From contig NC_058368.1 in NCBI RefSeq assembly GCF_018350175.1, positions 57,786,001 to 57,850,000 of the forward strand: a stretch of 64,000 bases of DNA, written 5' to 3'. The position numbers were made by a program, and so were the translations under genes. This document shows positions 54,370 through 64,000 of the stretch, piece after piece. Numbering within the stretch: position 1 is the stretch's first letter; each line of letters begins with the position of its first letter. Origin of the DNA: Felis catus. Lineage: Eukaryota. The notes below the pieces were generated by a model. The model did not search any database and had not been told where the DNA came from. It saw nothing but the letters and a program-made list of their open reading frames with translations.

Positions 54370-55500
54370 TCTCATTCAACATTCAACAAACATGTTAGGT
54401 ACCTGCTTTGAGGAATTCACTCAGCTGGATGCTGTGTTTTTTATTGAAGATATTAAAATGGAATAAAATTTATACACGCTGTGCTGTCTCTGCTGTGTAC
54501 TAGATGCAAGACCTTGTGCAAGTTGCTTAACCATTTCTGTTTCCTTACTTTGTAATACAGGGATGTTAACAAATCTATCTCAGGGTTGTTATTAGGAATG
54601 AATATTTGCATGGAGTAGCACCCAAATGCTAACTTTTATTAATATTGTTGGAAAATATTTAATACCAGTAGATATCAACCTCTATGGGACTGTGAAGGAG
54701 AGCTTAACTCTCTTTTCAAATGAAGATTCATAGGAAAAGTAATTTTTGAGCGGGCTATTGGAAAAGGAATGAGAAGTAACCTGATTGGTAGAGCAGAAGA
54801 AGGCCAGTCCAGAAAGTGAACAGTGTATACTACCGAATAGATATGCAAGAGCATAGCACATTTTGAAAATTGCAAGTCATTGTGTATAGCCGGAACCAAA
54901 GTTTCAGGAGGAAAGCTTCTGTAAATGGTGCTAGAAAGTATTTCTCAGGGCCAGGTCAGAAAGAACTATTTCAGGTTAAGATTTTTAGTCACAACTTTTA
55001 TTATTTTATCTCTAAATATGCAATAGCATATCACTTTTGTAGAAAAGTCATGTATGCGGAAAAACACTAAGATAATCATTTAGGATGTTTATACAACATG
55101 GTAAGACTTATATGGCCTTATACTAATTTGGAAAAAAACATTGGAAAGAAAGAAAGATATATGAGGAATATTTCAGAAGTAGGATCAGTGGCAGAAGAAG
55201 GTAGGGTACAACACTGACTTATGTCAAGAAAAAGCATAAGGGTGGACTTTTGTTTTTTTTGTTTGTTTGTTTTTTTAACCACCTTCAAAGCAACCAAAGA
55301 AATGAGAGAGGAACTTCAAAGGAGTTGCATCATGGCAACCATGGAAAACTGAGATTGTCCAGAGGAGGGCGTCATGAGCTATGCTATATTTTACTGAGTG
55401 TCAAAGAAAAAAACGATAGAGCAAATTAAAACTCGTCTGTAGATTTTGAAGGTGTGATGGTATTAATAACTGGGCATTCCAGTGGGATGATCATAACTCA
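54370..55500 (-). mobile_element. LINE-2 fragments with an embedded MIR-like piece
   Basis: CATTCAACATTCAACAAACAT L2 end; MIR-like sequence at ~54485-54640. Confidence 0.5.
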
Positions 55501-56344
55501 AATCATATTTCATTTCATTTAAGTATGAGTGAGAAGTAGTAATCTGACAATGTAATTACTATAGATAACATTTAAAAAATACACAAAAACAAAGCAACTT
55601 CTTAGGGCAAGAAATAGTATTTTCCAGAGAGAAATTGAGTCACACAAATATTTAAATGGAACAACAAACCTATATCTATAAAGTAAATGTCCAGAAATAA
55701 CAGGGAATCATAATAGAGTGGGACCCCAAGGCCATAAAGAGAAATGGATTCAGAACACTGAAGAAGGAACTGCTCAGGGCTCAGGTTCTAGAAAGGGATA
55801 AGAAGCTGAAGATCTTTTCAACAATGACATGAGGTCTTTGCCTTGGAAAGAAAGTGATGGCAAGAGGGAATCAATAAATTGGCATAAAAATAATTTGGTT
55901 ACCAGATTAAACATCTCACTGAGAACAAGGATCAACTTGTCATCTCAAAGAAAATCAAATATGAATTGAGAAGGTGGATTATTTGAGTTAACATTTTCAG
56001 AAAGGGATTAGTTTGAGATGACCGGACCCATTAAAATATCTATGGCAATGGGTTGCTGTAATAGTGTAAATGTGAAAACCATTGGCTGAAAATGGTAAAT
56101 TAACTCTATTTGCTTCCTTCACATTTTAACTTAATTTTACTTCAATTGATACCAGCTCACATGACCTACTCTTCTAAAATATTCCCAGAACCATAACAAA
56201 GGTAATTAAAACAGTCTAACTTCAAAATTGGAATCAACTTAGAATAATGACTATATAAAATCTGATTCCTCAATATATTAATCATACTTCAGAAGTCATT
56301 CATTCCTTTTATCGTCAATTTGTTTAATTTTAAAATTGTGGTAG

Positions 56345-56570
56345 TGGTGCTTGGGTGGTTCAGTCGGTAAGTGTCCAACTTTGACTCAGGTCATGATCCC
56401 ATGGTTCATGGGTTCAAGCCCCACATTGAGCTCTATGCTGACAGCTCAGAGCCTGGAGCCTGCTTCAGATTCTGTCTCCCTCTCTCTCTCCCCTTCCTTT
56501 CTCCCTCTCCCTCTCTCTCTCTCTCTCTCAAAAATAAATACATAAAATATTTTTAAAGTAAAATGCAAAA
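56345..56570 (+). mobile_element. CanSINE
   Basis: TSD TAAAATTGTGGT at 56331-56342 and 56571-56582. Confidence 0.93.
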
Positions 56571-56999
56571 TAAAATTGTGGTGGTGTTTTTATCAAATTC
56601 AGTTATTTTCAAAGTAAGGTTACACCACATGTCAAAATACTACGTATCCTATATCAGTATTTCCAAATATTAAGTATGATTTTATTTATCATCATTAGCA
56701 ATAGCATATTCAAAGTTGGATTATCCATATAAAATAAACAGAAATGTTCAAAATTAAGACTGAGGCTAATCAATTTTGATTGATCTCTTCTTCACCCAGG
56801 ACCGATGAATTTACTGAAAGTTGTTAACAGATTATCGTGGGACAACACTTGAATTGCTTCCTTTTAAAATATGTCTGCATACTAATAGATGCTTGGTTTT
56901 TCTTCTTAAAAAAGTAAACCAAAAATATGTAAAAGTTTGTTCTTTCTAGTGAATAATTATTGCTATGGGTGTTGTTTTTGACAAGATGAAAAGTGTTAA

Positions 57000-57495
57000 T
57001 TATCAGAATTTTAAACAGTTTGGGATTGTGTTTAGCTATACGTAATAGAAAAGTGCCCCCCACCCCCACCCAGTGACTCCTCATATAAGGAAACATGTAT
57101 AGGCAAGCAGCCCAGAGCTGCAACGAAGTTTCTATGGTATCAGCAATGTCCCCAAGCTCCTTCTTTCCACTTTACCATCTTTAATAAATGACTATTTTTA
57201 CAGTTTTCCTGTGGTTGCAAGATAGTGCTCTACCTATGGCTTCATGCTTGCAGTGCCAAAATAAATTCAAGGATATGTAAGCAACAAAAGGAAATAAGTG
57301 ATGCTCATATCAGGAAAGTAAATTTTCCCGGATATCCCCAGCAGGAAATTCACTAGAAATAATTCTGTTTCATGACAGGACTAAATTGCAAAGGAGTCTG
57401 AGAAATATAGTTTTTCAACTGGGCACTATGGTACCTTTTACAAAATAAGGACACAGAATAGATAACTGAGTAGCAACTAACAGAGTCGGCAACAA
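57000..57495 (-). mobile_element. MLT1-like MaLR LTR
   Basis: TGCAAAGGAGTCTGAGAAATATAGTTTTTCAACTGGGCAC...GTAGCAACTAACAGAGTCGGCAACA. Confidence 0.6.
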
Positions 57496-57601
57496 AGTGC
57501 ATGTATTCTATGATGATACCAAAAGAAGGCACATGAAACATTCTACATAATCACTGAGTTACAAATTCATTTAAAGGCTTTATGACTATCTGGTAATTCT
57601 T

Positions 57602-57819
57602 TTTTTTTTTTTTTCTACGTTTATTTATTTTTGGGACAGAGAGAGACAGAGCATGAACAGGGGAGGGGCAGAGAGAGAGAGGGAGACACAGAATCGGAAA
57701 CAGGCTCCAGGCTCTGAGCCATCAGCCCAGAGCCTGACGCGGGGCTCGAACTCACGGACCGCGAGATCATGACCTGGCTGAATTCGGACGCTTAACCGAC
57801 TGCACCACCCAGGCGCCCC
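57602..57819 (-). mobile_element. Young SINEC_Fc-type SINE
   Basis: 13-bp TSD TCTGGTAATTCTT at 57589-57601 and 57820-57832. Confidence 0.97.
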
Positions 57820-57936
57820 TCTGGTAATTCTTAATATCAAATAGTAGCTAGGTATACACATATTAATGTTTGTTGAATATTATATTTTTCACAAATTATT
57901 GTTTTTCTAAAATAAAATTCAGATTTGTACGCTTAT

Positions 57937-58379
57937 TGAAAGAGCGGACCTAGGCCGGCCGACTCCATTTTGTTCTGGGTCCTCCATCTTGAGTGACTAC
58001 GTCCCTGACATGGCCCCCTTTCTGGGAAAACCACAGAAAGAAATTACAGCTCAAACCTCAGACCACGCCTCCTCCCCTTGAGTAACTTCCCACTCACCCC
58101 TTCAAACTTCCCGTTCAAACCACGCCCGGCAGCCTGCGCGATGGGACTCTGACCCTTCCCCAGCCAATCGGCTAAGGCCACGACCATTGCCCCACCAACC
58201 ACCCCTAGATCCCTATAAAACCTTTGTGCTTTTGAAACTCGCTCTCTCTCCAGCATCTCACCGCTGTGTGGGTGCAGGCAGGGGATTGAGCTCGAGCTAG
58301 CTCTAATAAAGGCTCTTTGCTTTTGCATCAGACTCAGCTCCCTGGTGGTCTTTGGGGATCACGAATTCTGGGCATAACA
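57937..58379 (+). mobile_element. ERV1/gammaretrovirus-like solo LTR (copy A, 443 bp)
   Basis: TGAAAG...AACA termini, 5-bp TSD CTTAT, CCAAT at 58164, TATAAAA at 58214, AATAAA at 58305; CpG-rich. Confidence 0.93.
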
Positions 58380-59414
58380 CTTATCATATTTGAAACTTCA
58401 AATTTAAGACTCAGAATTTCTGCAAATACTGTTACCTTACCTTATTCTGTAAATACTGTTACTGTTTGCCTTTAAATAGAACTTTTAGTCTGTGATGCAA
58501 GTACTTTTGATGTTAAACTGTACAAATGATTGCTCCTTTTGTCAGTGAAATATTTCAGAAATATGCAAAGTAATGAATATCAAAGTGACTGTTGTTGACA
58601 GACCTAATGTCAGGTTCTTTTAGTAGATATTGGTGGTTTTTGACTACCACATGGGAGATATATCCAACTTCCCAATCTTGCCAACATGGACCATGCTATA
58701 ATGAAAGTGAGCCTCAGACTGGATTCTGATAAAACACACAAATATTGTTACCAAACATGTACAGAAATAATTATGTAACTTATTCTGTAACACTGATACT
58801 TGCTATCTTTTAGGCACTCTTAAAAATATGTTGAAACTTTCAGTTCACTCTAAGGTACATAAAATTATACATTAAAGACAGGATAAGCCAGCCTTCTAGG
58901 TGGATCAGGAATTAGTCTTTGATTAAGAAAGAGATGGAGAGACAAAGAGATCAAGAGAAAGAATGAATGTGTGTGTATTGTAAATGTTCTATACCATCTT
59001 CCTAGATAGCTATACATCATAATCATCACTTATTTCCTCCAAATAAAACATTTTTAATCTTTATTTTAATCATGAGTTTTCTGTTTCATATTAGTAATGT
59101 GTAATGGGCTTATACAGGAGCTCTAAATCATGAATTTCTGATTACAGAAACCAACTCTGAATTGTATATACCTAATTAGGGTCATACAAATATTATTTAA
59201 CCATCCCAAGGGTGTAGGTTAATATTAATCTGTCTCTCTGTCTCTCTTACACATACACACACACACACATATCACTCTAAATACTGAGGTATCTTAAATT
59301 TCAGACATAACCAGTGAATATACTGGTTACAAAGCTAATGTGACCATTGTACTGCGCAGTAGCTAGGGATTGGATACAGGACACAGGCAATACTCAGGGC
59401 TCTCTAGCACCTGC

Positions 59415-59804
59415 TGAAAGGGCGGGCCTACGCCAGCCGACTCCATCTTGTTCTGTGTCCTTCACCTTGACCACACCTCCTCCCCTTGACTCCATCTTGT
59501 TCTGTGTCCTTCACCTTGACCACACCTCCTCCCCTCGAGTAAACCCTCCCTCACCTGCCGGACCCTTCCCCAGGACCCCTCCCCAGCCAATCGGCTGAGG
59601 CCATAGCCATTACCTCACCAACTGCCCCCAGGCCCCAATAAAACCTTTGTCCTTTTGAAACTCGCTCTCTTTCCCTGGTATCTCACCGCTGCGTCGGTGC
59701 AGGTAGGGGATTGAGCTCGAGCTAGCTCGAATAAAGGCTCTTTGCTTTTGCATCGGACTTGGCTCCCTAGTGGTCTTTGGGGATCACGAATTCTGGGCAT
59801 AACA
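59415..59804 (+). mobile_element. ERV1/gammaretrovirus-like solo LTR (copy B, 390 bp)
   Basis: TGAAAG...AACA termini, 4-bp TSD CTGC, CCAAT at 59587, AATAAA at 59730; R/U5 nearly identical to copy A. Confidence 0.93.
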
Positions 59805-61444
59805 CTGCTAAAGGCCATGGCAGGCCAAATGAGCTTGAGAATGTCTGAGGATGAAAACAGTAACACATTAAAAGTGGCTGACATAGGGAAGGGCTGAGAA
59901 CAGCCACACTGCCTGAGACCAGTTGGCATCCCAAGTCTCACTGTGGCTCTGAGAGCCCCGTCACCTTTTGGGTCTTGGACTTTCAAGACTTTTTTTTTTC
60001 TTTAGTTTATAGCCTAAAGTGCTATGAATTGGCTACCAGATGTCTCCCTAATCCTCTTTTAAGTATCACGTGATTTATCAGGTATGTATTATAATTTGTG
60101 TTTTACCTTGTGGATATTTTCATGTTTAAAATGATTTCTGAGATCCAGCATGCTATTGTATTCTGCAAAAAAAAATGACAGTATAATAAAACATGTTTGT
60201 TGAAAAAATTACTGACTTTCACATTTTTGGATTGCAAAGTCAATATAATTACTTTATATTCATACCTGAATGTTAAAATATTCCCTTTTGGAATTCACTA
60301 TAGCAGCAAAATTTGAACTTGGCAGTACTGGTATTTAAATATAAGATAAACTATGAAAAAACAACAAGCAATGTAAAGACTTTACATGAGTATTTCAGTT
60401 TTTACCATATGTGTCCCCAATAAAAATATAATGGTTGCTTAGACAATTACTGATGGTATGCCATAAACTGACACTATAAAAACTATTTTCACTCAGTTAA
60501 AAGCTTGCTGTGCATTGCATTGCAATTTTCACTGACAATGAGAAATCAACATATTTTATAATAATTACTTACCCCATTAAAATTTCAAATGGAAACATTT
60601 AGCATACTTAAATCTGATTGTTACAGCTATTACCCACAAAGCGCTGACGTTAGGGTTAAGATAATAAAAACAAATCCCCAAAATACCTAACTTCTTTTAA
60701 TATTCAGAATAGGTTGAAAATTTCAGAATAATAAAGTTACTTTATATTTTACAGTGTACATTATACTGTTTAGTTGTCAAATTTGTTTCTTGGACCAAAA
60801 TTACGAAGCATGCACTTTTTTTATCTGTTACTCAAATGTCACCTCCACTGCACAAGCAGATGGTCAACTCTCCCTTGAAGATTATTAATTACTGTCATTG
60901 CAGCTTGTTTACTAACCTGGTTAGTTGACTATTTGAAGTTTTCTCAACTGCTACTCAGTTGATTGAAGGTGCCAGCCTTCAATGTTTAGGAGATATTTAG
61001 TAGGAGTTTCATTTTGTAATTATTTTTTATTTTGGGATTTTTGACTCTCTATTCTCTCAGAACACACACTTCACCAGGATTTCTAGAAGGGGCATATTCA
61101 AGTGACACAAGCTGTAACCATTGGTTCCTATGGGGTATCCTATGGTATATCATTCTACTTTCTTGCTTCAGGTGGTTTGTTTCCCAGGGCCCAGAATCTC
61201 CCCTTGTAATTTGACCTCAAAAGTGTGCCCTCTACATGTGTCTGCCTGAAATCTTTTTTTCTGTGTCTAAGCACTATCATTGTTCCAGGTAATTTCAAAG
61301 AGGACCCTTAGCGCTCAAAGTGTTTAGTCTCTTGGTCAAATTAGACACTGAGATAAATATTAAGGAGGGATTCTACTTAACATTTCAACTTTAATTTTTT
61401 TTTAATTGCTAGAGAGAAATCCAAATATCCCTTCAATCTGTGTC

Positions 61445-61590
61445 TCAAACTCTAAAGTGTATTTAAAGAAACCTGGTGAGCTTGTTAGAAAGCCAGATAA
61501 TCAGGCCCCACCCTAAATTTACTAAATCCAAATCTGCATTTTAACAAGACCCCCGGGTGATTCATATGTACATTAGAGTCTGAAAATCAA
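61445..61590. mobile_element. MER5A-like relic
   Basis: TCAGGCCCCACCC...AATCTGCATTTTAACAAGACCCCCGGGTGATTCATATGTACATT. Confidence 0.85.
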
Positions 61591-62197
61591 ACTCCATTTT
61601 CATTTGTCTACAGAATCAGAGAATATTTGAATCAAACTTGAGCATGTATCACAGTTTTTCAGATGTCTAATACTACATGTGTACAATATTAATTTTCCAG
61701 ATGATACTTTCTTATGGAATACTTAATTTTCACTAACTATTTTAAGCTCTGAGACAATGATTATGCTATATAAAATCTAAGGAAGAGTGTTCATAAATAA
61801 AACACAATACTTCAATAAATTTGATTGCCACATTAAATATGTACAATTTCATGGTGCTGCACCATAATTAGATATAAGTCTCTTGCAGACATGATTATAA
61901 ATGACTTTAAGATAGCCATACCTATTTGTTAATGTAAAGAAGCAAGAAGCTATCGGGATTTCCCTCCATCCAAAGGCCTATTACAGTTATTATGCTCTCT
62001 TTACCCATCTAACAGGAAATACAGTAACTTGTTATTTTGGAAACTAATTTTATAAATTCATCTAGTTCTTTAATGTAACATTCATTAACTTCAAACTATA
62101 ACCAAGGTTTGTGTTTGATGCCAAGGAACTAAATAGGACACAGTCTTCTCAAGAATTTCAGTTTTTTTGTGGAGCCAGACAAGAACCAGAAAACTAC

Positions 62198-62692
62198 TGT
62201 AGGAGTCCAGAATATATCACCCCAAAACAAACCACTTGGGCATACTGGCTATTTTGAATTAAAAGTACTTGAGAAACAGCTGGCACAAGAACACCTTGAC
62301 CCTGCCTTTTCCCCCTGAAAGCAGAAGATAACTTTCCCATGTAAAAGTTACCCTCCTTTTTCCAGGAGGATAAAAAGCATCTTTATCATCAAATATAGAG
62401 AATCTAGGGTTGAGAAGCCTTTATAAACAAAACTTGTTACTTTTTTACCAATTTAGCACACCAAGCCCAAACCCCATTGTCTTTCCAGTTCTTCACAAAT
62501 CTATTGTTCCTTTGCCTAAAATGTATAAAATGTTTCCTGCTTTGGTCACTTAACTTTAAGTCTCATATTTTTATGGGGCTCCCATACATACAAAATTAAA
62601 TTTTTGTCCTGTCAATCTGACTCTGTCAATTTAATTGTTAGACCAGGCAAAGAACCTAAAAAGGATGAAAGAAAAATTTTGCCTCTCCAACA
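62198..62692 (+). mobile_element. MER34-like ERV1 solo LTR, apparently inside an L2 fragment
   Basis: TGTAGGAGTCCAGAATATATCACCCCAAAA start and GAAAAATTTTGCCTCTCCAACA end; TSD degenerate. Confidence 0.75.
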
Positions 62693-63574
62693 CTTTAATA
62701 GAGAAAAATGCATAGTAGGGGTATAAACAGAATGCTGTAGGAACAAATAATAGGAGACCCCATTGCCTCGTACAATCAAGACAATATTCATAAATAGGAA
62801 AAACCTGAGTTAGATTCTTGAAGGAACAGAATATGCTACTTAAAAAATACACAAAGCAGGGAATGCATGTGCAAGTGGAAAGACAACATGTGCAAAATTA
62901 TACTGCTGTGCAAACACAATATACATGGCAGTTAGCACGTCTGAGTACTTGAGCAAGAGGTAGTAGGAAATGAAGCTTGCAGAAAGCTTGCGAGGGAAGC
63001 AGATTATATTTTGTCTTATTTACCATGCTAAGTGACTGTCATACTTGAAGAACAAAACTCATTATTTCTCTTTCCTTCCAGGCAGAAACCCTATTTTTCT
63101 GGAATTTGATCCAGGAAGATTCTTGTTATAGTTCTCTCTGCCTCGATACAACCATCAAATGAGAATAAAAAATTCCTTTAGTAGGGTTTTTACCAAAGTG
63201 TCTGTCATAGCGAAGAATAGCAATTGCTATTGCTATTGGCATTCCTACTTAGGGCTTTCTCTGTGGAGGTAAAGATATTCAAATACCTGTTTTGCTCTGG
63301 GCTGTGGAGTCAAGTGTCTTCAGAAGGAATTTACTCTTTCACTTGCTGTCTTGCCACTCTCTAATTCCACTCCTCTATGCTGTTAGATTAAATAGAGGTA
63401 CCACAACTACTCCCATTTCATTTTCTATTTTTTTTGCCAAGTTTATTCATATACATTGTCAGAATAAACCAAGTTGCATGACTAATGAAAGGACACATTT
63501 GACCAAGTTTCACCAAGATTTGTTAAAAAATGTGCAGGGGTCATGGAAGGAGCAGAAGAAATTAGTTAGAAAAC

Positions 63575-63750
63575 GGAGGCTGAAATTTTAGCTTAGGCAC
63601 TTATCAGCTGTATGATACTCGGCAAAACTCCCTGAAGTTTCTGAGCCAGATCATCTTCATTTGAAAATGACGAATAGTAATACCTGCCATGTAAGATTGC
63701 TCTCAAGAACTCAATCTGATTATGTAGTTGGAAATTAGGTTATACATAAA
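63575..63750 (+). mobile_element. MIR fragment
   Basis: CACTTATCAGCTGTATGATACTCGGCAAA...TCTGAGCC...CTTCATTTGAAAATG. Confidence 0.7.
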
Positions 63751-64000
63751 TGTAGACAGTGGAAAAGGAGCTATTTCTTTATCCCATTCTTAGTGCTAAC
63801 AGTTTGGGAAGAGATTTTGTTTAAACAAATTTACTTAAAGGGAATACAAATTGTAATTAAATATTTTGCCTCAGTGACTAAGAATTTGGCATGGGGTCAG
63901 AAAACTGTCCATGTGGCTGCAGAGTAGGATACTAGTTGTGGGACCTTGCATGAGTTTCTTCAACCACCAAAATCACAATATCATAATTTAAAAAAAAAAA

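Noticed and set aside
4310..57861. Many short ORFs with recurring peptides such as VMISQ...GSVLTAQSLEPASDS or low-complexity K/R/E/F/S runs
   Set aside because: They are translations of CanSINEs and microsatellites, not genes
57937..59804. Single deleted provirus or TRIM element
   Set aside because: Each LTR has its own TSD, the U3 regions differ, and the spacer has no PBS, PPT or gag/pol remnant

Overview
AT-rich, repeat-dense mammalian genomic DNA. Carnivore tRNA-derived SINEs, including young SINEC_Fc-type copies, and L1 3' ends point to a cat-family (Felidae) genome. I could not recognise any cellular protein-coding exon, so the window reads as intergenic or deep-intronic. It begins inside a young but inactivated LINE-1 whose ORF2 carries frameshifts, nonsense codons and a SINE insertion. 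It also holds more than 20 CanSINEs (many with target-site duplications), older L1/L2/MIR/MER/MLT/Tigger fragments and two related ERV1-like solo LTRs about 1 kb apart. The most notable structures are the LTR pair with separate TSDs, a twin-primed (5'-inverted) L1 nested in an older L1 5'UTR, a SINE inserted in the tail of an opposite-strand SINE, two perfect inverted repeats, and a few unproven microexon candidates. I found no convincing evidence of a previously undescribed biological system. Repeat family names come from recalled consensus sequences and need RepeatMasker/Dfam confirmation.
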